Origin: Azolla caroliniana | Taxonomy: Eukaryota > Plantae > Polypodiophyta | Length of the DNA: 64,000 bases | Reading direction: 5' to 3' | Assembly: GCA_043228905.1 (NCBI GenBank) | Contig: JBHGNT010000021.1 | Coordinates: 13,082,001-13,146,000 of the forward strand | Shown: piece after piece, positions 33,668 to 47,800 of the stretch | Position numbering within the stretch: position 1 is the stretch's first letter | Layout: each line of letters opens with the position of its first letter | Made by a program: the position numbers and the translations under genes | Notes under the pieces: model-generated | The model's input: the letters and a program-made list of their open reading frames with translations, nothing else | What the model was told of the DNA's origin: nothing | Databases searched by the model: none

Positions 33668-36309
33668 TATCGCATTGTTACGCGCGTGCGTGGAGAAAGG
33701 CGGGACCATGGGGATCTTGGACTAGGGAGTGACGGAGCGTAGGAAGTCGAGCTTCACCGTTTCCGGGGAGTCCCAGAAGAACACGGGAAGCGACCGAAGG
33801 GAGAGAGAGAAAGAGAGGGAGCGTGCACTTAACACCGACTCACGCACACACACACACATGCTGACCCGACTCACACCCTTATATACAGGAAACGCAGAAA
33901 AGCGGGGGAGCACCCGACACCAACAGAGACGCGAATATACACAGACATATGCAAATGTATATATATAAACAGAAGAATACATTCCCGGCTTCGAGCCGGA
34001 CCGAGGTAGGTTACAGTAGTCGTCAGCTGCCAAGCCGCCGGTCGGGGAGCTCACGGGCTCGTCGCGCCGAGCGGGGTCTTGCGCAGGAGATGAGCTGAAG
34101 CAAACCCTAAGCGAACACGAAGGGGAAGAAGAAGAAGAAGAACTAACTCTAAACCTAACGGTATACCCTCTAATGCAAAATGGGCAACCCTTTCACAAAG
34201 GGCGTTCCCTTCCTTTTATAGAACAAGGAGAGGGATGCGTTACAATGTGGGACAAATCCCGACTTACATGGGATCGTCTGTCCTGACTTGACTACTCTTC
34301 GGCGCCATAAAGGCGCCCTCGATATTCACACTAAATGTACATGGGTGCGTACACACGCTGCACCCCGCCAATGTAGCCAATGTTTCCCGGTTTCCGCCCC
34401 TAGCCGAAATTCTTCACGACATCCGCCCCCACCTAACTGCACGTCCACCGGTACGTGCCAATCCGTTTAAAGGGTGAGAGATTTCGGCCGGTGAGAAACC
34501 GGTCTTCCGTGATCCACATCCCGGCTCGCTGCCGGTTTGATCCGTCGGCTTCGATTCTTCCTTCGCGCTTACCTTTCCGTAGGCTCATTCGACCCGTCGA
34601 TGGGTCCTCTGCCGCGATCTCCGTAGTACGCGTACTTCCGTTGGCCCTTGTTCGGCCGTATGAATGCCCCGCTTCCCGCCGTATGCCAAATGTCCTCCGT
34701 TTGAGGAACGCCCGTAACGGCCCGCTTGGCCTCCGTTGATCATTCGCGTCGTCCTGATTGTCGTCCCATGTCGTTGGAGACAGCCAACTCGGAGGAGAGC
34801 GAAAACCAATCGGAGGTAGTCGAGTCGGTTCAGATGTTTGATTCGGATACACTGAATCAACCGAGGGCCAAGCGGAAAAGAAGGCAACAGGAGAAGCACC
34901 AACACCGCGATAGCAAGGGAGCTGTGAAGGGCCGTGGAAGCAGACAAGCCGACCGGAAGGGTCGAAGCGCGCGGAGTCGAACAGACCGAGGAGCGCGAAC
35001 TAGGCGTGGAGCTAGGAGGAACCGGAGTGGTGACCCGGAAGATCCCGAAGAGCCTCAAGTTGAGCTTGAGGGGGAGTGTTGAGAGACAAGCTCAACATTG
35101 GCCGTATCAGCTGAGCAAGCCGAGGAACGGATCAGTTGGGACCGATCGGTTAGGCCGGATCGGTACCGGTATGCAAACCGGTGCGTAGGAAGGCCGGATC
35201 GGTGCAAAAACCGGGAGGCCATCGGAAAGATATTCCGCAAGGAATATATTTGGGAGTTAGTCTCAAGGCTCATTTATGAGTAGTCAAGTACCGTCAGTAC
35301 TTGTGTCAGCCCGATTGTCAGGGCTTGTATAAAGGTGCTCACTGAGCACATCCTATGTATAGATTGTGTATTATTTTGAATATAGTTTTGTTTTTACTCT
35401 CTCTGTCTCTCCCGTGCGTACTGTGCAAACCTAAGCTTTCCATTAAACCTACGTTTTCTGTTGTTCAGTTTCCTATATTGATTCCACACATAATCTTTCA
35501 CAATAACTTTAGGGCTATTTACAAATATAACCTCAACGGTCATGTTGTCGCGTTGTTACGCGCGTGCGTGGAGAAAGGCGGGACCACGGGGATCTTGGAC
35601 CAGGGAGTGAAGGAGCGTAGGAAGTCGTGCTTCACCGTTTCAGGGGAGTCCCAGAAGAACACCGGAAGTGACCGAAGGGAGAGAGAGAAAGAGAGGGAGC
35701 GCGCGCTTAACACCGACTCACGCACACACACGCACACACACACACATGCCGACCCGACTCACTCCCTTATATACAGGAAACGCAGAAAAGCGGGGGAGCA
35801 CCCGACACCAACAGAGACGCGAATATACACAGACAGATGCAAATGTATATATATAAATAGAAAAATACATTCCCGGCTTCGAGCCGGACCGAGGTAGGTT
35901 ACAGTAGTCGTCAGCTGCCAAGCCGCCGGTCGGGGAGCTCACGGGCTCGTCGCGCCGAGCGGGGTCTTGCGCAGGAGATGAGCTAAAGCAAACCCTAAGC
36001 GAACACGAAGGGGAAGAAGAAGAAGAAGAACTAACTCTAAACCTAACGGTATACCCTCTAATGCAAAATGGGCAACCCTTTCACAAAGGGCGTTCCCTTC
36101 CTTTTATAGAACAAGGAGAGGGATGCGTTACAATGTGGGACAAATCCCGACTTACATGGGATTGTCTGTCCCGACTTGACTACTCTTCGGCGCCATAAAG
36201 ACGCCCTCGATATTCACACTGAATGTACATGGGTGCGTACACACGCTGCACCCCGCCGATGTAGCCAATGTTTCCAGGTTTCCGCCCCTGGCCGAAATTC
36301 TTCACGACA
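33668..36309. repeat. Segmental duplication: 33668-34775 copies 29390-~30497 and 34773-36309 copies ~28617-30143
   Basis: Near-identical sequence. The junction at 34773-34775 has GTT microhomology. Confidence 0.9.
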
Positions 36310-36313
36310 ACGT

Positions 36314-37041
36314 CTGAATGTATTTACGAATATGTTCTTATTTGCTGGTTCATACTGTATCCGGCCGGACTCCTTCTCAATCCATCCGATCCGGTATACG
36401 AATACCTTCTGGATCCATCCGGACCAGTTCCTTCCTTCAGCTCATCCAATCCGGCATATCCGGAGGGACATGTTTCCCAACAATCTCCCCCTTCACTCTA
36501 GCATGGGATGTTTCATTAGTTCGATCCATCTCCGGCACACGTCCAACTTGTCTGTTGAAATCACCTTGGTCAGCATGTCCGACTTGTCCTCTATATGGAT
36601 CTTCATCAGCAAAAACTCTTTATCTTCTACCTTTTCCTGGAGCCAATGATATCTCCTCTGGATGTGCTTGGTCTGGGAGTGGTATACAACGTTCTTCGCG
36701 AGATGGATGGCACTTTGACTCATAGTAGAGCTGGAATTCCTCCTGTCGGTTCCCTAATTCTCCGATGAAGTCCTTCATCTAGATTACCTCTTTGCCGGCT
36801 TCCACAATTACCATATACTCCGCTTTCGTTGTCGATAATGCAACGAACTTTTGCAGCCTCGACTGCCACAATACAGCTCCCCATGCATAAGTCATGACAT
36901 ATCCGGATGTAGAATGGATGGCATCAGGATCAGCCAACATATCCGAATATGTGAATCCTTCAAGTTGGGGTTTTCCTAAGCCGAATCAAAGGCACATACT
37001 CGAGGCTCCTTTCAAGTACCGAAGTATCCACTTGACCGCGG
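36314..37041 (-). mobile_element. Copia relic C (RT end/RNase H, PPT, 3' LTR part; the LTR continues at 29347-29389)
   Basis: SQSAIHLAKNVVYHSQTKHIQRRYHW, WQSRLQKFVALSTTKAEY. PPT aagggggagat abuts the LTR start tgttggg at 36482. Confidence 0.85.
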
Positions 37042-39316
37042 TGTCATGGGGAAACCCGACTACAAGAAGAAAAGGAGACCAAAGGCGTGTGAACTGCCGC
37101 GTGCACAGATGCACACAATTGTAAATAATCTAAGACTAGGCTAGGTCGGTGTAAGGAACAAGACATTGTTAGGACATTTAATATAGGATTAAATCGAACA
37201 AATCTCTGTCCAAAGCAATAGAGAATAAAAGCATGATGTAACAGCCCCTTCCCCTCTGAGGGCCTATAAAAGGAGGGAGAGAGGACTGAGTTGGGGATTG
37301 GGGGGTTTTAGGGAGAATGAAGTGTCGTCAGACTGGGAACCAAGCACCCGTTCTCTGTTTTGCTCTCTTAGGTCGGACGCCTCTGCTCGCATAGGAAGCC
37401 CGTGTGCTCCCGACAAAGGCTCCACATTGTATTTTGGTGACTAGAGTGTGTGTTGTTTGTTGTGATCGTGGCTCAGCTCCTAGTTGAGCCGGTTGTAGTT
37501 TCTTTGCCTTCTAACTAATTGTTGATATCTGTTTGTTGTTCATCTAGTGTGTCGCTCTGATCCCGGCCGAGTCGGTAGTGTCGTGTGCCTCTCGATACTC
37601 AACGCCTTACGCACCTTCTGTCTGTCTTGTTCTCCTTATCCTTCTTAGCTCTTCGGTCCAAGGCCCTCGTGGTCTTGCCAAGCATCACACACGTACCCGT
37701 AGAATACCACGACATTATTTGGTGAACCCGATGTGAACAAGGTGGCAGAGGAGTCTGAAGAATGAGGGGAAGCGAGCTTGCGGAAGCCATGGCATTAGTT
37801 GTTGACCGGCTAGTGAGCGTCTGTGAGGGCACAGGTACCCTTGACAGGGCCCTTGACACGTTGGTGCTCCTCGAGGAGTTCGAGAAATGGTTTGCTTGGC
37901 TCTCGGCGTTGGACAAGACCAAGATCGACACGAGTTGTGTCTTGTTATTCATCAAGTCTGTGGACGCGCAGGATTGGGAGAAGGTGGGTCCCCTTTTGGA
38001 GATGGATCATGGGATCATGGCCGACTGGGCCATGGTTAAAAGGGTCTGCAGCCATTTCGACAAATGGTGTGAGTGGAGAGAAGAGGGCCCGTCGGCAGCA
38101 GGACCGGCAGCGGGGAGACAACATGAAGAACCAATTCAGGCTCGAACGGAAGAGGCGCGAAGGTGGATTGAGTCCGGCGCGGTCTCGACTGACGTGGTCA
38201 AGGGACCATTCGGAGGCGCGGCCCTAGAAGAGCTCACTAAGATGGTACAGGACCTACAGATCCCGCAGGCCTCCGGTCGACCAACGATGTATGTGGTGCA
38301 ACGCGGTTGGTCACACCCGAAGAGATTGCGCGGATTTTACCGAGGCACTCAAAAGCAACGTGGTGTACCTACAGAACGGGGATTTGCACGCAAGTGAGAC
38401 TAGGAAAGCCTTGGGATGGAATACCAGTCAGGGTGGAATGAAACGATTGATGGAAGAAGCCACGGTGCGACACACTGAAGCCATCCACTATTAGGCATCA
38501 GCTGGGATCCGGGTCGGAAGCGATGGCCCTCGGTGCTAGAAGGCCTCTCCGGAGTGCGACTAAGGAAGGAGGAAGCAGACCACGCGGAGAAGTGGGTCCG
38601 GAAAGTTACAGGGTGGACCGATCCAGTCGAGGAGAAGACCGGTTTCGTGGAAGCGGCGTGCCAGAACTACGAAGTTCTGGTAGAAGACAAGCGAGCGGGA
38701 AAGAGTGGAGGAGTCGAACCCTCTAGCCGATACAAAACTCAAAGCATACCGAAGAAGAATGACACCGTTAATTCCGGCGTATATGACAGAATGAAGCAGG
38801 TCGGTTACTGGATGGGCACAGAAATAGAGAGAACTATAAAATTGTGGAAAGTCCTCGACAATAGGGTGAAGCTAACGCTAAGGGAGGTGCTAGGAATCGC
38901 CAAGAAGGAGTTCCACGACTCCATCATAGACTTAGTTAAGCGTAAGTGGCTCGCGACAAAGCCGGAACCGGAAAGACCCATAGAAGTGCGAACGACGTAC
39001 TTGGAAGATGCGGCCATAGAGGACGAGTTGGCAGAAAGCCACTACTCGAAGCCACACTAGGCAAGGGCATCGACGGAAACTCCCGTTCGGATCGGGAGCG
39101 TTCAGGAACTGGTGGTGGCGTTGATAGACCATGGATCCGAAATCAACCTGATGTTCATGGACTTCTACAAGCAGGGAAAATGGTCGATTAACACCAAGCA
39201 CGGGTGGAAGATACGTGCGGCTACGCGTGCTACGGAGGAACTACACGGGATGTGCCCGAACGTGCGAGTGAAGATTGGGGATGTCGAGATTGATCAACAC
39301 TTTTTTGTGCATTGGC
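37042..39316 (+). mobile_element. Truncated tRNA-Trp-primed gypsy (5' LTR 37042-37714, PBS, gag, protease relic)
   Basis: TGTC...GACA LTR, PBS tggtgaacccgatgtgaa, knuckle CMWCNAVGHTRRDC, protease ALIDHGSEINLM. Truncated after DQHFFV. Confidence 0.88.
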
Positions 39317-41856
39317 TATGATCCTCACCCGATTGGGTGGATAAACCAACAAGCAATAACCTAGATTACAATTCTTCACCCAACTGGGTGGATAGAAAAA
39401 CTAGCAAAAAAATGGAAACAAGAAAAACACAAAATGAAGAAACCTGATGCAAGTGGACAGGATAAGTGTTGTTCAATTGTGGTTCTCTTCTAGCACGAAC
39501 AACCCCTCGCAAGTCTCTGTCTCCAATTTGGTAGAACACTCTCCCTCTTGCTTTCACTCTTTCGTTTTCTATTTTTCTTTCTCTATTTTTCTGTTTTTCT
39601 CTTTGTTTTCTGTTTTGCTCTATGTTCTCAAAAATTAGATCCTGCTCTGTTTCCTTCTTCTCTTTTTATGTTTTTCTCCTTGTAGTTCAACTTCTATATA
39701 CCTGTGTTCACACACATACACACACACACCAAAAAAACATACAAAAGAAAAAAGGGTATACATATATACATATATATAATTATAATTATAAATAATTAAA
39801 ACTTTTCTTAATTTTGTCCCTAAGCCAATTTGGCACTTAGCCGACTCCATGTTGTGGGCTCCACTTGAGTGGACAAGCCCCAACAATTCTCCCCCTCCAT
39901 CTCAAGTTCGGGGCACATGTAGGTTTGCCTTGTAGACTTCAAGCTTCTCCAAAGCTTTCTATTTCTCCCCTATTTAAGAACATCACCTAATCATGTGAAG
40001 ATCATCTTCATCTCATAGACCTCACCTCTTCCACCTCTAGTGGAGATGCTGAAACGTCATCTATCTAGTCACCTACAATTTGATGATCATGATGCTACCC
40101 ATCATCATCATCATCATTAGTTGCATGATCAGTCGTATCATCATACTCCTCCACATCTCCCCCGTAACCTTGGGTGTCTAGTGTAGGAGTTGGATATTTG
40201 ATGACTGAAAACTAGGGGTGAAATTTGGCATCTCATTTGGGTCCTTAGGTAATACTACACCCTTGTTTCTAATGACCTTCTTCTCTACTAGGTCATATAG
40301 TCTATGGCCGGATTCCTCATGACCATATCCTAGAAAATATGCATGGTTTACATCAAGCTTGGATCTTTCATCTTTCGGACGTGAACATTGGCCCTACACC
40401 TACAGTCTAACACTCTCAAGTGTTTGTATGACACTTCCTTACCTGTCCACACCCTCTCGGATACATCATCATCCAAAGGGAAGGAGTGATGGAGGCTGAT
40501 TCATGAGGTCAACTACAGTCCTCATTGTTTCACTCCAAAAGGATTTAGGAAATTTTGAGTGTGATAGCATGTACCTTATCCACTCACAAATTGTCCTACT
40601 CATCCTCTCAACCACACCATTGTGCTGAGGTGTTTTCTAAACACTCCTCTCAAGCCTGATACCATGCATATGACCATATTGCTCAAATTCTCCCCTATAT
40701 TCCACGCCATTATTCGCATGGATACATTTCAACTTGCATTAAATAGAGGGAATTTTGTTTTAGACATCTTGCTATGATTAGGGAGTCTTTGGTGAATTTC
40801 CATTTTCCTTCACCAAAGTAATTTTCATATCCCTCATCATCAAGCTTACCAGTGGAGATGATATTCAACGGAATATCTTGTGCATGCCTTACATCCCTCA
40901 ATACGAGTTTACAACCCATATCCGAGACTAAGACTACATTCCCTATGCCAACAACCTGTATCATATTGTGGTTGGCCATTTTGACTTTACCAAAGTCACC
41001 ACTGGTATATGACACAAACATCTCCCGAAATGGGGTGATGTGATACGAGGCTCCCGAGTCAATGACCCAATCAGTTTGTTGACATGCTAAACTATCACAA
41101 GAATCATCTCAAACAATAATAACATCGCCATCACATGTGGCAGTTATAGGGTCATTTCTCTTATCGTTAGTGGTTCCATTCTTTTGGTCCCTCTTCTTCT
41201 TCCTACAATCTCTTTCGTAGTGATTTGAACCACCACAATAACGACATGAGAAATCTTTCTTGAAGACTTTCCTACTTCTAGATTTTGACCTCCCCTCAAC
41301 ATTATTTATGTGATATGGTGGACCCCGAGTATGGCTTCTTCCTCTATTGGGGTTGTTTTCTATGAACAAGGCTTCATGGTCATTGTTGAACTCGCTCCTT
41401 TCGTCGTGCTTCTTCATGTAGAAGTTCGACTTAAGCATGTCCAATGTTAGCTTTTTTTGTTGCGTTGCGGTCCCAAGCGTCACAACAAGGGTTTCCTAGC
41501 TATCTAGGAGAGAGCCAAACAATAACAAGGTCAACACCTCATTTGCTAGAGGTAAATCTAGAGAGACAGTTTGACTTATTAGTCCTTGAAACATGTTTAG
41601 ATGCTCTACCATACTAGAGCCATTTTGATATCTAAGTCTTACAGTTTCCTAAACACAAAGACTCTATTAAGGCATTTTTGGTCTGAAACATAGTTTCGAT
41701 TTTCCCCCATAACTCATGTGCTTTGGTTCCATCACCAAAATTGTTATATAGACTCATGTCTATAAAACAACGTATGTATGATGTTGTTTTTCAGATACAT
41801 TGCTTCCCAAGTTAATGCATCTATGTTCTCGGGTTTGCTTATATCATGTAATACGG

Positions 41857-44800
41857 TGTCGTGAAAATCCGTCACCATGTGTGGATCGTGAGGCGAAACC
41901 GTCGGGGTTATGGACGGGAAGGAAATAGGGCTCACACACACAACACAAGGAAGGCTTACACAAACAAGGCACGAGTATTCGAACGTGTTTGTGAAAAGGA
42001 GAGGTGCATGTGCAAGCCCGAACGCTCCCTTGTTACAGGACACGCGAACACACAACCAAGGTTTACACACAGGAGATACAATTTCAAACGCCTTTGTGAA
42101 AGGAGATGTTAGAGGTTATGACCTAAGTAAGCATATGATAAGGATAAAAGATAGATAGATAAAAAGGAGAGAGAGAAAGAAGGGTGCCGATCCACCCGAC
42201 CACCCCCGAGCGAAGGGATCGAGAAGGAATGGAGCCTCAATCGGCATCCCATACCACCGTCGTCGCGTCGAGTCATACATGGTGCTAGCGCGCTCACTAC
42301 AAGAGTTGACCCACCACGAAATAGAGTCTCGACGTAGTCAAGATATGATGAAATGAGGGTAGCTAGGCCTCATATTTATAGCAATACCCAAGGCCCCCAG
42401 GCAAGTTCACACTTGGCCTAATGGGTTGTCTCAATCCCAAGGATTAAAAGTAATCATCCCCTTCTTTACACTCTCATTTAACCCTCACACTTATCCACGT
42501 GTATAGAATACTACAGTAAATTCTCACAGCGGGATATTATATGGTCATGCCCGTAACATGAGAGGTGCATGGGCAAGCCTGAACGCTCTCTTGCCACAAG
42601 TTGCATGAAAACACAAGCAAGATTTACACTAACACGCAAGAAACGAAAGTTTGAATGCCTTTGTGAAAGGAGAGGTGCATGGGCAAGCCCGAAACGCTCC
42701 CTTGTCACAAGACACACAAACAGATAAGCATAAATGACAATAACATACAAGACATGTAAGTTTGAATGCCTTTGGGAAAGGAGAGGTGCATGGGCAAGCC
42801 CGAAACGCTCCCTTGTCACAAGACACACAAACAAATAAGCACAAATGACAATAACATATAAGACACGTAGGTGAAACCAAACATTAGTTTATTGCAATAT
42901 AATAGATTCTTTTATAAAATAATAATCAATTTTACAACAGGTTTGATATGAATATGAGAGATAATTTATAAAGGAAGGGGGAAGATAGGTGGAGGAAAGA
43001 AGAGAATAGAATATAGAAGAAGGTGATTCTTTGTTGATGATGCCTCTCTATGTTGTTGATCCTTCTTCTTTTGCCTTCCAATTGAGTAGAGCTTCCACTG
43101 TCGTGTTGTTTTGCTTTCGCATAGGAAATAAGGCAGGACCGCGAGAGCCCTGAACCGAGGAGCAAGAGAAAGAAGAGGGGTGGGAGGGGGGGGAGAAGTG
43201 CGCACTCGTGGGCTGGTTAGGCCTACTTACAATCGATAGCGCTTGCCAGTTGAATGAACCACTAACGCGTATACCGACTAAACAAGATGCATGCTCGCGT
43301 AAAGGGAGACTCACAGAAACACAGAGAGATGGAAACAAGAGATTTGATTCCAATATCAGTAAAGGTTTCAGTGTTAGCAAGATTACAACCGGCTAGCCGG
43401 CGATAGACCCAACCTAGACGATCACATGGTTGCGGTCGTCTTGTTCGGCAATGCACAACCCTCCACCTGATTTGTCAAGTCCTCTCGCACAAGCACTAGG
43501 TATCGCATCTGCCCTACCCCCATCGGCATCGTCACTAAGTCCACCATCCACTTGAAGTGGATGGTCGGTGAGTAGGTCGGGTGCAGCTCGTCCCGATGTC
43601 GGATCACGGAGTGCACTTGGCAGCTCTCGCACATTGTTATGAACTGGTGCACGTCCCGGTACAGCCCCGACCACCAATACTTCTCCTTCAGCCTTTCGAA
43701 TGTGGCCCATGTCCCGTGGTGTCCGGCCCAAGGACTCTTGTGATACACCGTCAGCAACGCCTCTTGCTCTTCCTTCCCTACCACTACGCGGAGTGGAACA
43801 CCGCCTCGCTTCTTTGAGTGCTTCCATATGTTCCTGTCTCGTAGGAAAAATCAGTACACCTTCTTCCGTATCCGGTTAGCTTCATCTTTCGTCCATGTTG
43901 CGTCCGGCGTCATCGTCTTTAAGAACCTATCGATCTGGAGCCACTCCCCGTCGTACTCACCTTCGTTGAACTCGTTGAGTGCTAGGGTGCTCCTTGCCCT
44001 CGTTGTCACGTAGGCTGACTTGAAGAAGTCCACGCCGACTTCTTCGTCCTTTGAAACCATGTCGTCCTCGTCACTGTACCGTGCTCTAGAAAGCATGTCA
44101 GCCATGGTGTTGTCTTTCCCGAAAATGTGCCGTATTTCCGGATTCAGGGACTTGATGTACGCGATCCACCTGAGCATCGCCAAGTCTGGCGTCGCGCATC
44201 CGGAAACCATACCAAGGATCGTTAGGCAGTTTGTCTCGATTATTACCTCCATCCCGATCAAGTAGTCTTTATCGGCCTTGACTACCGAAACAATACCCCA
44301 GAGTTCGCGTTTAACTTGGGTGTATCCTCGTTGCCGCTCACTCAGCACTTTCGCTCCGAACCGGATGGGGAGCCTCATTCCACTCTCGTCCTCCTGGTTG
44401 ACCACCCATCCTATCCTGGTCGGGCTCATGTCTACCGTAACGTAAATTGGGATGTCCTTGCCGTAAACCACTTTCCGGAGTGCCAGTGCCGCGGTTAGCG
44501 CCTCCTTCAATCTACGAACTGACTCCACATGCTCCTCGCCCCACTCGAATTTATGCCCCTTCTTCAACAACCCGTAGAGTGGCTCTGTGACGTGCGCATA
44601 ATGCGGAATCCAAATATGGTAGAACACGCACGCGCCTAGGAACCTCCTTACCTCCGTGACCGACTTGCATTCTTCCTTCATTACGGAGATGGCCTCTACC
44701 TTCGCGAGAGACGGTTTCCGGCCATAAGGCCCGCACAAGTGTCTGAACACTAGGATCTCTGGTTTCCTGAAAGCGGACTTCTCTCCGGAGAAGGTGATTC

Positions 44801-47800
44801 GTGCATCCTCTAGCCTTTGCAGCACCCTCTTGCAATCGCTGATGTGGTCCACAATGAATCTCCGGCAACCGTTCGGGCCAACTGATTCATCCTTGTTTTC
44901 CACCAGGCACTCCTTTATCGGGATGTCATCCAAGAATGGCATGGTAATGTCCGGGATGCAATCCCTCAGCACTTATTCATTGCATTCACCATGTGTGCCA
45001 CCAAGTTGGTCCCTCCTTGCGGCAGGGTACACATCCACACTAAGTCGAGAGGAGTTCGTATCGTCGTAATGTCCCTGCTCTCCACGGCTAGTTGGAACTG
45101 ATCATACCCTGAGTACAAATCCCCAACCGAATAGATCGACTTTCCGGCAAAGGCCTCCTTGAACTCGTCAATGGTCGGCCCGATTCTTGCATTCCGAATG
45201 GTCACCTTGTTGACTAGCTGCAGGTCCTGAATAAAGCACAACGTGTCGTTCTTCTTTGGCACGGTAAACCACTTATTCGAATATGGGGCGCTCGATGGCT
45301 CGAGGATGCCCATCTCCACCTTCTGCTTCAACAACTCCATCAACTTCGGGATGTGAGCTCTGGGTACCGGAATCGGCTTGCGGTACTGTGAAGATAACCA
45401 TTGGCTCAACGATCATCGGGTCTACGCACCCGATCTCCTGTGATGAGAATGAGAAGGCCTTCCCGTGCCTCCCGAGCATCCTCCGAAACCGGTCCTCCTC
45501 CGCTGGGCAATAGAAAGCCACCCCCACCAACCTTGAGCTCCCGTAGCATTTTGTCAGTGAACCGGTGTCCTATGCTGGCCGGATTCCGCAAACTTGGGTC
45601 CGACGCGACCCCTTTCATCCATTCCTCACTGCCCTCCGGTAAGGGAGCCGCGATTGGCCTCACCTTCCGGTCCACAGTCTTGTACTTCGTTTCCACTCGG
45701 GTTGTCCGATCCAACTCGACCCTTTTCCCGAAATCAGCAATGGCTTCATACATCCTTTCTGAACAAACCGGAATCATCCGGTCTTCATTGAGACCTTCTT
45801 CAAGCACCTTCCCTAGGTCTCCCAAGGTTTCATCGAAGGAGACCACCTCCACGGCGCTGCCAATCTCCTTGTCAGGGCCAAGGACTCTGCACGCCCTGAG
45901 ACGTTCCTGTGGTCGCTTCTTTTCCCCGCCACTAATGCCGGTTATCGTACAACCTCCGTTGTCAGAGAGCCAAAATTTCCTACCTATGGTACACGTGTGG
46001 GGTTACTCCGAGGTGTCCGGAATATCGCGGCCCCACGCCTTGATAGCCCTCTCTAAAAAATCCCCTCGGTTATCGCCGTCGAGGGTCTCGCGGTTACGCT
46101 CATGGTTCAGACGCAATGTTAGAAATTGGAAGGAGTTTCGCCCATCTTGGCTCTTCACGCGTGCGTACGCCAAACCATTATCCAACACCTTTGTCTCCAT
46201 GCGTGCTGCCGTAATATACGGTTCACCGAGTATCATCGGGTGCGAGGATGTCTCCTACACGAAGAAGTGTTGGTCAATTTCAACATCGCCGATTTTCACA
46301 CGTACATTCGGGCAGGCCCTATGAAGCTCCTCCGTGGCCGCATATCTTCCACCCGTGCTTGGTGTTGATCGGCCACTTTCCCTACTTATAGAAGTCCATA
46401 GACATCAAGTTGATCTCCGACCCGTGGTCGGTCAGCGCCAGTACCGGCTCCTGGACGTCCCCGACCTGAACGGGGGTTTCTATAGTAGCCCTTACCCAGT
46501 GCAACTTTGAATAGTGGCTCTCCGCCAACTCGTCTTCCAAGGCCACGTGCTCCAGGTGTGTCGTTCGCACCTCCACCGGCTTCTCCGGCTCCGGCTCCGT
46601 CGAGAGCCGTTTACGCTTCACCAAGTCCACGATGGAATCGTGGAACTCCTTCAAGGCGATCCCGAGCACCTCCCTCAGTGACAACTCCACCTTGTTGTCG
46701 AGAATCCGCTCCTCGAGGACCTTCCACATGTCCGTCATCCTTTCTATTTCGGTGTCTAGCCGGTAACTGGTTGGCTTTGCTCTGTCTGCCATGCCAAGAT
46801 TGCCAACATCATTCCTCTTTGGCCCGAATCGGGTCTCGTACTGATTCAGGGGTGCGGTTCCACCGGACTTCCCTGCCCTCTTGTCCTCCACTAGAACCTC
46901 GTAGTTTTGGCACGCGGCCTCCATATAGCCGGTCTTCTCCTCTACCGGGTCGTCCCACCCGGTGACCTCCGACCCGTTGCTCCGCGCGGTTCGCTTCTAC
47001 CCTCTTCAGTCGAACCCTAGAGAGGCCGCCTTCTAGCACCAACGGCCAGAACCCAGAGTCTCTCGTCTTCCGACCCTCGTTGCTCCCGACTCGGATTCCG
47101 GCTTACGCCGAGTAATGGACGGCTTCTGCATGGCACGCCGCTGCTTCTTCCATCAACCTCTTCATTCCGTCGCGCCCGAAGTTCGTCTCTAGGGCTCTCC
47201 GAGTATCACCGGTGTGCACCCGCCTGTTCCACAGGTACACCACATTGCTTCTAAGTGCGTCAACAAAATCCGCGCACTCTTTTCGGGCGTGGCTGACCGC
47301 GTCGCACCACATGCACCGCTGCCCGGCTGGACGCCTCCGGTTGCGAGACTGTTCGCCGTTGTCATCTGCTTCAGCTTTCCAAAGCCGCTCCTCCAGATGG
47401 GCCCTTGACTACGCCGATCGAGGTTGAGCTGCCCATCTCAAGCCAATCCCGGGTTTCCTCATTTCGTGCCTGTGAAGGCTCATCGAACTTCCTTGCCAGG
47501 ACGGATCTCGCCGTCGACGATCCCTCGTCGCCCTACTCACATTGTTTGTCAAAACGGTCGCAGACTCTCTTCACCACGACCTAGTCGGTCATCAGCCCGT
47601 CATCCGTCTCCAGCAAGAGACCCACCTGATCTCGATCCCGCACGTCCACGGCTTTGACAAACAACAAGACATGGCTCGTGTCCATCACTGCTCTGTCCAA
47701 TGTCGAGAGCCACGCGAAGCGTTCTTCAAACTCCTGGAGAAGAGCCAACACATTCCTCCCCTTTTCGGGGGTCTCTACCCAATCCATGAAATCTCCCTTC

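Larger units (their letters stand above)
29390..36309 (-). mobile_element. Non-autonomous LTR element 2 (tRNA-Trp primed) with three LTRs (29390-30143, 33668-34421, 35546-36309)
   Basis: TGTC...GACA LTRs, PPT ggtgggggcgga, PBS at 33646-33663. TSD ATGT (29386-29389)/ACGT (36310-36313). No pol motifs. Confidence 0.92.
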
